NCBI GenBank assembly: GCA_051531975.1
Contig: JAOPTT010000025.1
Coordinates: forward strand, 14,802 to 71,063
Reading direction: 5' to 3'
Length of the DNA: 56,262 nt
Origin: Spirochaetaceae bacterium
GTDB taxonomy: Bacteria > Spirochaetota > Spirochaetia > DSM-2461
Numbering within the stretch: the first letter of the stretch is position 1; each line of letters starts with the position of its first letter. The notes below the pieces were generated by a model that saw only the letters and a list, made by a program, of their open reading frames with translations, was not told where the DNA came from and ran no database searches. Below are positions 1-8,846 of this stretch, one piece after another. Position numbers and translations under genes: made by a program.

Positions 1-86
1 TGTTAATGAGAAAATGTTTCTTGTTTTAATTTTCGACGAGAAAATGTTTCTTGTTTAATATTTGTTAATAAGAAAATATTTCTTGT
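1..86. repeat. Three phased copies of a palindromic motif (core AGAAA-N3-TTTCT)
   Basis: GAGAAAATGTTTCTTGTTT at 8 and 38 and AAGAAAATATTTCTTGT at 70. Spacing is 30 and 32 bp. The array may continue left of the window. Confidence 0.8.
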
Positions 87-90
87 CCAA

Positions 91-131
91 TAATAAAAAA
101 AAGCATCTCATTGAGATGCTTTTTTTTATTA
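91..131. terminator. Bidirectional intrinsic terminator-like hairpin
   Basis: Perfect 20-bp inverted repeat TAATAAAAAAAAGCATCTCA-T-TGAGATGCTTTTTTTTATTA with A8/T8 tails. Confidence 0.8.
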
Positions 132-136
132 ATTAT

Positions 137-165
137 TTGACCTAACCACTCTACTAAACTACAAT
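137..165 (+). promoter_or_regulatory. sigma70-type promoter, probably leaderless transcript
   Basis: TTGACC(137-142)-17 bp-TACAAT(160-165), then 6 nt to ATG172, with no Shine-Dalgarno. Confidence 0.7.
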
Positions 166-171
166 AAAAAT

Positions 172-1695
172 ATGGATGATTTTATTTTTGCAGAAGAAGT
201 CGATGAGATCGATGAATATAACTATAAACCATGGAAAATATTGATCTCAGATGATGAGAAAGAGATACATACAATTACCAAGATAGTTTTGTCCAATTTT
301 ACTTACGAGAACCGTAAAGTAGAAATTTTAGATGCATATTCTAGAAAAGAGACAATTGATATATTAAAAGAACATGATGATATTGCAGTACTACTCCTGG
401 ATGTTGTTATGGAAACTGATGATGCTGGACTTTTAGTAGCGAAAGATATTCGTGAAACTTTAGGTAATAAACTTATTAGAATAATTCTTAGAACAGGTCA
501 GCCTGGATCAGCGCCAGAAAAAGACGTAATAACTAAATATGAGATAAATGATTATAAAGAAAAGACTGAACTTACAACTACAAAGTTATTTACAACAGTA
601 ATGACTGCATTAAGGTCTTATAGAGATCTGCATATAATTGAACAAAATAAACATGGATTAGAAAAAATAATTGAATCAACTAGTGCTATTATGGAATTTA
701 AAAGTATGCAACATTTCGCTGAAGGTGTAATTACTCAACTAACAGCCCTTTTAGCTCTGAATGATGATTCTATATTAAAAGATAATCAGATAAATGGATG
801 TTTTGTTGATGCAACCGATGGTTTTTTTACTGTACACGCAACAACTGGAAATTTTGCTGATATAAATCATGAGGTTGTTCTTAATCCCAATATTATAAAC
901 CATTTTAATAAAGCAATTGAATTAGGACATAGTTATTTTGATGATAAAATATTTATTGGTTTTTTCAAAAATGATAGTGATCAAATAAATCTTGTTTATT
1001 TGGAAAATCATGGCAGCATAAATGAAAATGAAAAAAGTTTGATTGATATCTTCTCAAATAATGTTTCTGTTGCATTTTCTAATATACATTTAACACAAGA
1101 AATACTTGATACTCAAAAAGAGATTATAGAAACATTAAGTGAAGTAGTAGAAAAGCGTTCTAAAGAGACTTCTAACCATACATTGAGAGTTGCTCAGGTA
1201 TCTAGGTTATTAGCCCGTAAAATGGGATTATCAGTGCAAGAAGCGGATAAAATAACTATGGCTTCTCCTCTACATGATATTGGTAAAACTGGTATCCCGG
1301 ATTCAATATTATTAAAACCTGGAAAGTTAACCAAAGAAGAGTATGATATCATGAAGAATCATGCTGAAATTGGCCGAGATATATTAGGAACTTCAACTAG
1401 ACCACTACTTAAAGCCGGTTCTATAATTGCTTATGAACACCATGAAAAGTGGAACGGCACTGGATATCCCAATGGTAAAAAAGGTGAAGAGATACATATT
1501 TATGGACGTATAACAGCGATTGCTGATGTTTTTGACGCCTTATACCATAAAAGATGTTACAAAGATGCATGGCCACTAGAAAAGATTTTAGAGTTAATTA
1601 AAAATGAAAGAGGAGAACATTTTGATCCTCAACTGGTGGATATATTATTGGAAAATATAGAAACTATTCAGCAAATAGTAAAAAAGTTTAGTTAA
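172..1695 (+). CDS. Response regulator receiver + DUF3369 + HD-GYP c-di-GMP phosphodiesterase (RpfG-like)
   Basis: N-terminal REC domain (SDDE, LLDVVMET, RTGQPG), HDIGK, HHEKWNGTGYP, ADVFDAL and HFDP motifs. Confidence 0.9.
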   Translation: MDDFIFAEEVDEIDEYNYKPWKILISDDEKEIHTITKIVLSNFTYENRKVEILDAYSRKETIDILKEHDDIAVLLLDVVMETDDAGLLVAKDIRETLGNKLIRIILRTGQPGSAPEKDVITKYEINDYKEKTELTTTKLFTTVMTALRSYRDLHIIEQNKHGLEKIIESTSAIMEFKSMQHFAEGVITQLTALLALNDDSILKDNQINGCFVDATDGFFTVHATTGNFADINHEVVLNPNIINHFNKAIELGHSYFDDKIFIGFFKNDSDQINLVYLENHGSINENEKSLIDIFSNNVSVAFSNIHLTQEILDTQKEIIETLSEVVEKRSKETSNHTLRVAQVSRLLARKMGLSVQEADKITMASPLHDIGKTGIPDSILLKPGKLTKEEYDIMKNHAEIGRDILGTSTRPLLKAGSIIAYEHHEKWNGTGYPNGKKGEEIHIYGRITAIADVFDALYHKRCYKDAWPLEKILELIKNERGEHFDPQLVDILLENIETIQQIVKKFS

Positions 1696-1727
1696 AAAAA
1701 TGCTCATTCTAGGAATGAGCATTTTTT
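1695..1727. terminator. Bidirectional terminator between convergent genes
   Basis: AAAAAATGCTCATTC-TAG-GAATGAGCATTTTTT. Confidence 0.85.
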
Positions 1728-1732
1728 ATATA

Positions 1733-3157
1733 TTACTTAGATAAAAAATCATTAACTGATTCAGCAGCTAATCGACCACTATTTATTGCTCTTACAACTA
1801 AAGATGCACCAGATACTGCATCTCCAGCAGCAAAGATACCATCAGTTGTAACTGCAAAATTATCAACTTTTAAGTTACCACGTCCATCTAACTGAGCACC
1901 TTCTGAACATAACTGATCAGTAAATGAACCATGTTCAACATGTACAAATCCCATAGCTAAAAACACTAAATCTACATCTTTTTCAAATGAATCTAGTTTA
2001 ACCATGTCAGGTCTACCACCATTTTCAGAGGCTTTCCATTCAATATTTGCTAAATGAGCTTTAGAAACTTTACCATCTTTCCCAGTAAACTTATCTGTAG
2101 TAACATTCCATTTCCTAATACATCCTTCTAAATGAGATGAAGAAGTTCTTAGAATATTTGGCCAATCAGGCCAGTTAGGATTTGATCCTTCTGTCCATAC
2201 TAAAGGTTTAGGCATTATTTCGTATTGATATACATTTTTAGCACCTTGTCTAATGGAAGTACCAACACAGTCGGAACCAGTATCACCCCCACCAATAACA
2301 AGTACATTTTTATCTTTAGCATCAATTAATAATTTATCTAGTTCACCAGAAACTACTTTATTAGACTGGCTTAAAAATTCCATTGCATAATGAACACCAT
2401 CTAAATCACGGCCTTCAACTGGAAGGTTTCTAGGTTGACCAGCTCCAGCAGTAACCAATATAGCATCAAATTTATTTCTTAGATAAGAAACAGAGATATC
2501 TTTACCTATTTCAACTCCTGTTTCAAATTCAATACCTTCAGCTTTTAATATTTTTAAACGTCTATCAATAACAAATTTATCTAATTTAAAATCAGGAATA
2601 CCAAATCTTAGTAATCCACCCATTTTAGTAGATTTCTCAAAAACTGAAACATTATGCCCTTGACGTCTTAATTGTTGTGCTGCCGCAAGACCAGCAGGTC
2701 CACCACCTATTATTGCAACCATTTTACCAGTCAAAACTTTTGGAGGTCTAGGAACTACTAAACCATTTTCAAAAGCACTCTCAATAATATTAAGTTCTAA
2801 TTCTTTTATTGTTACAGCATCTGTATTTATTGCTAATGTACAGGATGTTTCACAGGGAGCAGGACAGATACGACCAGTAAATTCTGGAAAGTTATTTGTT
2901 ATCTCAAGCCTCTCATAGGCTTCATTCCACTGTCCATTATATACAGCATCATTCCACTCAGGGATAAGATTATCTACAGGGCAACCATAAGAGTGACAAA
3001 ATGGAATACCACAGTTCATACATCTCTCAGCCTGATCTGTAAGCTCTCCTTTATTTAATTTAGTAGTAACTTCATTATAATCTTTTACTCTCTCGTGTAT
3101 CTCTCTATAAGGAGGATTTTTTCTCTCTTTTTCTAAAAAACCAAATACATTAGTCAT
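1733..3157 (-). CDS. gltD: Glutamate synthase small subunit
   Basis: RCMNCGIPFC Fe-S motif, NNFPEFTGRICPAPCE, GGGPAG and GGGDTGSDC dinucleotide folds. Coupled to gltB. Confidence 0.96.
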   Translation of the reverse strand: MTNVFGFLEKERKNPPYREIHERVKDYNEVTTKLNKGELTDQAERCMNCGIPFCHSYGCPVDNLIPEWNDAVYNGQWNEAYERLEITNNFPEFTGRICPAPCETSCTLAINTDAVTIKELELNIIESAFENGLVVPRPPKVLTGKMVAIIGGGPAGLAAAQQLRRQGHNVSVFEKSTKMGGLLRFGIPDFKLDKFVIDRRLKILKAEGIEFETGVEIGKDISVSYLRNKFDAILVTAGAGQPRNLPVEGRDLDGVHYAMEFLSQSNKVVSGELDKLLIDAKDKNVLVIGGGDTGSDCVGTSIRQGAKNVYQYEIMPKPLVWTEGSNPNWPDWPNILRTSSSHLEGCIRKWNVTTDKFTGKDGKVSKAHLANIEWKASENGGRPDMVKLDSFEKDVDLVFLAMGFVHVEHGSFTDQLCSEGAQLDGRGNLKVDNFAVTTDGIFAAGDAVSGASLVVRAINSGRLAAESVNDFLSK

Positions 3158-6100
3158 TAGTTATATACCTCCTCTGTAATTGTTGGGTTTTCAGATTCAG
3201 ACATCTCAGATGCCTTTATTTTTTCTAACGCTCTTCTATAATCTAAAGGCATTACCTTAACAAACAGAGGAAGTGATTCATCCCAGCTGTTTAATAAGTC
3301 TTTAGCAATAGTACTATCTGTATATTCAATATGCTTTTTTATAGTATTTAATAAGAATTCTTTATCTTCATCACTATCTACAGCTTCTATATCTACCATC
3401 TCTAAGTTACAGTATGTATCAAAAAGTTGATTTTCATCAAAAATGTAAGCTACTCCACCAGACATTCCGGCAGCAAAGTTTACACCAGTCTTTCCAAGAA
3501 CAACTACAGTTCCCCCAGTCATATACTCACAACCATGGTCCCCTACACCTTCAACAACAGCTAAAGCACCACTGTTTCTAACAGCGAATCTTTCTCCGGC
3601 CATACCATTAATATAAGCTTCACCAGTAGTTGCACCAAAAAGAGCTACATTTCCAGCAATAATATTACGCCTAGTTGTAAAAGATATATCTGCAGGTGGA
3701 TAAATTATTATTTTTCCACCAGATAGACCTTTACCTAAGAAGTCATTAGTTTCACCTTCGATTTCAAATGTTATACCCTTAGATAAGAAAGCACCTAAAG
3801 ACTGTCCACCAACACCGTCAAGTTTTACTTTAATTGTATCGTCTGGCAACCCAGCACTTCCATATATTCTAGCAACTTCTGAACTTAAAGTTGTACCAAC
3901 AGTTCTATTACAATTTCGTATATCTTGTTGAATAATTACAGGTTTACCATTTTCTAAAGCATCTTTTGCTCCAGCTATAAGTTTATCATCTAGGGATAAG
4001 CTAAAATCATGAACTTGCTTTGAAGTACATCTTAGTGCCGACCCCTCTGGTACCTCAGGTTTATATAGTATTGGTGCAAAATCTAGTCCTTCTGATTTAA
4101 AATGATCAACAGCTTCGTTAACTTCTAATCTATCAACTTGCCCTACTAGATCATCAAACTTTTCAATTCCTAATTCAGCCATAATTTCACGAACTTCTTC
4201 AGCTATAAACATCATGAAGTTAATAATACTTTCAACTTTACCGCTAAATCTTTTTCTAAGATCTTCACGCTGAGTTGCAATACCTACAGGACAACTGTTT
4301 GTATGACATTTTCTCATTATAATACAACCCATTGTAACTAAAGTAGTAGTACCAAAACCAAACTCTTCAGCACCTAATAAGGCACCAATTACAACATCTC
4401 GACCAGTTTTAATCTGACCATCGACCTGTATTCTTATCTTATTTCTAAGTTTATTTAATACCAATGTTTGTTGTGTTTCAGCTAAACCAATTTCCCAAAA
4501 TGAACCTGCATATTTAAGACTTGATAGAGGTGAAGCACCTGTACCACCATCAGAACCAGAAATTAAAACCATATCGGCTTTACCTTTTGCAACACCAGCT
4601 GCAACAGTTCCAACACCTACTTCAGAAACTAACTTAACAGAAACTCTTCCTGTAGGATTAGCATTCTTTAAATCAAAAATAAGTTGTGACAGATCCTCAA
4701 TAGAGTATATATCATGATGAGGAGGAGGAGAAATTAACATAACACCTGGAGTTGAATGTCTTACTTTTGCAATAACATCATTAACTTTATGTCCTGGAAG
4801 TTGACCACCTTCTCCTGGTTTAGCACCCTGTGCCATTTTAATTTGTATTTCGTCTGCATTAACTAAATATGTACTAGTTACACCAAAACGTCCTGATGCA
4901 ACCTGTTTAACTTTACTTCTAGCAGAGTCACCATTTTCTAGAGGTGTATATCGACTTTCATCTTCTCCACCTTCTCCACTATTACTCATTCCACCAATTC
5001 GGTTCATGGCAATAGCCATACACTCATGGGCTTCTTTACTTATTGAACCAAAACTCATAGCAGAAGATACAAATCTTTTTACAATCTCTGTAGCCGGTTC
5101 AACTTTGTTTATATCAATTGACTTACTGTCTTTAAACTTTAAAAGACCTCTAAGTGTACATAAATTCTCACTTACATTATTTACTTCATTACTATACTTT
5201 TTAAAAGTTTCATAATTACCTTCTCTCACAGACTTTTGCAAATTAACAACTGCAGTTGGGGTAAATAGATGTTTGTCTTGAAATTTTCTGTATGAATATT
5301 TTCCACCAGATTCTAGTCTACCAGTGTTTTTATCAACTTTAGAATAAGCAGTATTATGTCTTTCAACTGATTCTTTCTCTATAGCTTCTAAACCAATACC
5401 ACTTATCTTTGATGGTGTACCAGTAAAATAAGACTCAATAAGGTCAGTAGATAGACCAACTGCTTCATAAATTTGAGCTCCTCTATAACTTCTTAGAGTT
5501 GAAATACCCATTTTAGACATTACTTTTAAAATACCCTTTTTTGCAGCATTAACATAGTTTTCAACTGCTTGTGGTATCGTAATATCTTCAGGTATATACC
5601 CTCTTTCTTTAAGATCCGGTAGAGCTTCAAATACTAAGTGTGGATTTATTGCAGATGCACCATATCCTATTAATGTTGCAAAATGATGAACTTCTCTTAC
5701 TTCACCAGACTCAATAATTAATCCAGCTAAATGTCTCTTTCCAACTCTAACTAAATAGTGATGCACAGCGGAAGTTGCTAACAAAGAAGGAATTGGCGCT
5801 AATTTTTCAGATGTACCAATATCACTTAATATGATAAATGTATTTCCTTTATCAACCTCTGTTTCTACATTTTTACAAAGTTTATCAACTGCAAGCTTAA
5901 GGCTACCTTTACCATCTTCTAAATTGAACAACATAGATACAGTTGCAGTATTTAAATCTTCATTTTGTGTATTTCTTAATCTTCTAATATCGTCGTTAGT
6001 TAATATTGGGTGTTTTAATTTTAACTGTTTACAGTGCTCTGGAGTTTCATCTAATAGGTTTTTTTCATTACCAACAAAACTCATTAAAGACATTACTAAA

Positions 6101-7683
6101 TTCTCTCGGTATGGATCAATTGGAGGATTTGTAACCTGTGCAAAAAGTTGTCTAAAGTAGTTAAACAGTAGTTGTGGTTTATCTGAAAGAACAGCTAAAG
6201 CAGAGTCATTACCCATAGAACCAATTGGTTCTTGAGAATTAACTGCCATGTTAGTTACAATAGTCTGGATATCTTCCATAGTATAACCAAATGTTCTTAA
6301 TCTAAGTGCTAAAGTATCAGCATCAACTTTTATCTTACCACTTGTTCCCAACAAACCTTTTAAATGTATAGAGTTTTGTTCTAACCAACGTCTATAAGGT
6401 TTTTTTCTAGAAACAATAGATTTAACTTCCCTGTCTCTTAAAACACGTTTTTTCTCAGTATCTACAACAATCATCCCACCAGGAGCTAATCGTCCTTTTG
6501 ATAGTACATTGTTTGGTTTAATATCAATAATTCCTGTTTCAGAACCTAAAACAATATGCCCATCTTTTGTAATTGTATATCTAGCTGGTCTTAAACCTGA
6601 CCGGTCTAAAGTTGCACCAATTTTTGTTCCATCAGTAAATGCCATTGCAGCAGGACCATCCCATGGTTCCATAATTGCTGAATGGTACTCATAAAATGAT
6701 CTTTTATCCTCTGAAATATGGTATTTAGTACCAAAAGCTTCAGGTATCATCATCATAATTGAGTGTTCTAAAGTTCTTCCACCCTGATTTAATAACTCGT
6801 AAACATTATCAAAAGCTGCAGAATCAGAACCTTTAGCACAAGCTATAGGGTACATTCTTTTTAATTCATCACCAAAAAGAGGAGACTCTATTGTTGCCTC
6901 TCTGGCAGTCATGTTATTAACATTTCTTCTTAAAGTATTTATTTCACCATTATGTGCTATATATCTAAATGGTTGTGCTAGAGGCCATGTTGGCATTGTA
7001 TTTGTACTATATCTCTGATGTACAAGAGCAATAGCTGATTCAAAATCAGGATCTGTAATATCTGGATAGAATGTTTCAAATTGTGCAGATACAAACATAC
7101 CTTTATAGATAAATGTTTTAGAAGAAAATGAAGGGAAATAATACTCCTCTTGTGGGAATCCTTCTGCCGTAGCTGCATTTTCTAGTACTTTACGTAATAT
7201 ATATAGTTTTCGTTCTAACTCATCTCCACTGAAACCATCAAGAGATACAAATAGTTGTTTAAACGAAGGCATTACAGCTAGAGCCTGTTCACCTAAACAA
7301 TCAGCATTAACTGGAACATCTCTCCAACCTAATAATTTAACACCTTCTTGTTTTAATATTTTTTCTGTTAATAAAACTGCTTTTTTAGCTCGTTTAACAT
7401 CAACAGGAAGAAAAAGCATACCTGCACCATATTCACCATCTTGGGGTAGATTAAAAGTTGTAACTTTGTTAAAAAATTTATGAGGCATCTGGATTAACAT
7501 ACCGGCACCATCTCCGGTTTTCATATCTCCACCAACAGCTCCACGATGTTCTAAGTTACATAGAATCTGAACTCCACTTTTTACAATATTATGGGATTTC
7601 TCACCGTCAATTTTTGCTATAAAACCAACACCACATGCATCATGCTCAAATGCTGGATCATATAAGCCTTGTTTTTTTATCAT
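3157..7683 (-). CDS. gltB: Glutamate synthase large subunit
   Basis: HDACGVGF N-terminal amidotransferase Cys, HQRYSTNT, QGAKPGEGGQLPG, 3Fe-4S CIIMRKCHTNSCP. 1508 aa. Confidence 0.98.
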   Translation of the reverse strand: MIKKQGLYDPAFEHDACGVGFIAKIDGEKSHNIVKSGVQILCNLEHRGAVGGDMKTGDGAGMLIQMPHKFFNKVTTFNLPQDGEYGAGMLFLPVDVKRAKKAVLLTEKILKQEGVKLLGWRDVPVNADCLGEQALAVMPSFKQLFVSLDGFSGDELERKLYILRKVLENAATAEGFPQEEYYFPSFSSKTFIYKGMFVSAQFETFYPDITDPDFESAIALVHQRYSTNTMPTWPLAQPFRYIAHNGEINTLRRNVNNMTAREATIESPLFGDELKRMYPIACAKGSDSAAFDNVYELLNQGGRTLEHSIMMMIPEAFGTKYHISEDKRSFYEYHSAIMEPWDGPAAMAFTDGTKIGATLDRSGLRPARYTITKDGHIVLGSETGIIDIKPNNVLSKGRLAPGGMIVVDTEKKRVLRDREVKSIVSRKKPYRRWLEQNSIHLKGLLGTSGKIKVDADTLALRLRTFGYTMEDIQTIVTNMAVNSQEPIGSMGNDSALAVLSDKPQLLFNYFRQLFAQVTNPPIDPYRENLVMSLMSFVGNEKNLLDETPEHCKQLKLKHPILTNDDIRRLRNTQNEDLNTATVSMLFNLEDGKGSLKLAVDKLCKNVETEVDKGNTFIILSDIGTSEKLAPIPSLLATSAVHHYLVRVGKRHLAGLIIESGEVREVHHFATLIGYGASAINPHLVFEALPDLKERGYIPEDITIPQAVENYVNAAKKGILKVMSKMGISTLRSYRGAQIYEAVGLSTDLIESYFTGTPSKISGIGLEAIEKESVERHNTAYSKVDKNTGRLESGGKYSYRKFQDKHLFTPTAVVNLQKSVREGNYETFKKYSNEVNNVSENLCTLRGLLKFKDSKSIDINKVEPATEIVKRFVSSAMSFGSISKEAHECMAIAMNRIGGMSNSGEGGEDESRYTPLENGDSARSKVKQVASGRFGVTSTYLVNADEIQIKMAQGAKPGEGGQLPGHKVNDVIAKVRHSTPGVMLISPPPHHDIYSIEDLSQLIFDLKNANPTGRVSVKLVSEVGVGTVAAGVAKGKADMVLISGSDGGTGASPLSSLKYAGSFWEIGLAETQQTLVLNKLRNKIRIQVDGQIKTGRDVVIGALLGAEEFGFGTTTLVTMGCIIMRKCHTNSCPVGIATQREDLRKRFSGKVESIINFMMFIAEEVREIMAELGIEKFDDLVGQVDRLEVNEAVDHFKSEGLDFAPILYKPEVPEGSALRCTSKQVHDFSLSLDDKLIAGAKDALENGKPVIIQQDIRNCNRTVGTTLSSEVARIYGSAGLPDDTIKVKLDGVGGQSLGAFLSKGITFEIEGETNDFLGKGLSGGKIIIYPPADISFTTRRNIIAGNVALFGATTGEAYINGMAGERFAVRNSGALAVVEGVGDHGCEYMTGGTVVVLGKTGVNFAAGMSGGVAYIFDENQLFDTYCNLEMVDIEAVDSDEDKEFLLNTIKKHIEYTDSTIAKDLLNSWDESLPLFVKVMPLDYRRALEKIKASEMSESENPTITEEVYN

Positions 7684-7704
7684 ATTATATCCTCACTGTT
7701 CTTA

Positions 7705-7720
7705 TGGCAATCATATGCCA
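7705..7720. promoter_or_regulatory. Palindromic operator TGGCA-N6-TGCCA, candidate NrpR site
   Basis: TGGCA ATCATA TGCCA lies between the gltB -10 box and its RBS. It has the same geometry as the archaeal NrpR operator GGAA-N6-TTCC. Confidence 0.6.
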
Positions 7721-7723
7721 CAA

Positions 7724-7752
7724 AGTTTATATTAGATTTTTTTTTATGTCAA
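7724..7752 (-). promoter_or_regulatory. sigma70 promoter of gltBD
   Basis: Minus strand TTGACA(7752-7747)-17 bp-TAAACT(7729-7724). RBS GAGGA before ATG7683. Confidence 0.7.
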
Positions 7753-7813
7753 TATTGTCAACAATGAAATATCGTTATCCCATTATTCGCAACAATGTAG
7801 TGCTAAAATCAAT

Positions 7814-8812
7814 TCATCTTAATTTTTGCTTCAATTCTGTATAGTGAAACAATCTACTAAAATCCACATATCCTGATAATGTTTTTGAGTATAGTTTAAT
7901 TCCTGATTCAGCTAATAAACCAACTGCGTTAAGACCACCAGTTACAATAAAGCCAACCCTGCCAGCAGAAACAGGTATCTCAAGTAGTGGATCTCCGGGA
8001 AATCCAATGTCTAAAAAGCCACCTAAACCAATCTCTTTACATCTGTTTATAATAGATATAGCTTCTTCTCTACATGTTGATGGGATCTCTCTAAAACTTC
8101 CACCAACAATACCACTACCACTACAACAAACTCCGGAATGGTCAGTTAATCCACTTGAAATAAAGATTTCTAAAGGATCTAATGATGATCCACTATATTT
8201 AATAATTTCGAGAAATCTCTTTGCAATTCCATCTTTTACTTCCAATAAACCACCAAACAGTGAGTTTACAGGAATACCCCTGGATAAAAGGATACCATTT
8301 AATGTTATAGAACAAACTGATCCTATACCTATAAATCCTTCAGGTATATGTATTCCCTCAGTACTATCCTCTGGATAAAATATTGTTAATAACTGTCCCA
8401 TTGAAAAGCCATTTCGAAATGCTGTTTCTAAGAGTTCAATTGATTCAACAAAATCATCTTTTTTAACTAAAGTAATATTAACTAAAACCGAGCCTTCTTT
8501 CTTATCTATATCAAAATTCATTTTATATGAATATTCATCAATTTTAGCAGATAAAAACCCAACTTTTTCATATGCTTTAACACATGTTAATTCCATTACA
8601 CCTAATGTTGTTAAAAGTCGGCCTTTTCGCTCTATATATTGGGTAAAACCTTTTTTATCCATTGCAAGAAGGTGAAACCGAACAGTACGTTCAGAGATTT
8701 TAACACCTTGTTCATTTAATTCTTTAGTAATTACTTGGCTACTAATTGCATCTTTTTTACTGTTTAAGATGTGTAATATTTTGAGTCTTTTATCTTCTAC
8801 ATTTGTGGACAT
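7814..8812 (-). CDS. nrpR: NrpR-family nitrogen regulator (winged helix + DUF128/NRD domain)
   Basis: wHTH (ISERTVRFHLLAMDKKG), KVGFLSAKID, CSITLNGILL, YSGSSLDPLEIF and GGLN motifs. Directly upstream of gltBD. Confidence 0.85.
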   Translation of the reverse strand: MSTNVEDKRLKILHILNSKKDAISSQVITKELNEQGVKISERTVRFHLLAMDKKGFTQYIERKGRLLTTLGVMELTCVKAYEKVGFLSAKIDEYSYKMNFDIDKKEGSVLVNITLVKKDDFVESIELLETAFRNGFSMGQLLTIFYPEDSTEGIHIPEGFIGIGSVCSITLNGILLSRGIPVNSLFGGLLEVKDGIAKRFLEIIKYSGSSLDPLEIFISSGLTDHSGVCCSGSGIVGGSFREIPSTCREEAISIINRCKEIGLGGFLDIGFPGDPLLEIPVSAGRVGFIVTGGLNAVGLLAESGIKLYSKTLSGYVDFSRLFHYTELKQKLR

Positions 8813-8817
8813 AGTTA

Positions 8818-8846
8818 ATATTATGTAAAAAAAAGGGTAAGGTCAA
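8818..8846 (-). promoter_or_regulatory. sigma70 promoter of nrpR, probably leaderless
   Basis: TTGACC(8846-8841)-17 bp-TAATAT, then 5 nt to ATG8812, with no SD. Confidence 0.55.

Noticed and set aside
1..90. CRISPR array
   Set aside because: The period is only 30-32 bp with ~11-13 bp between repeats, far too short for spacers, and no cas genes are present.
7707..7720. sigma54 promoter TGGCA...TTGC upstream of gltB
   Set aside because: The GG-to-GC spacing is one base short of the strict -24/-12 requirement. A palindromic operator beside a good sigma70 promoter explains it better.
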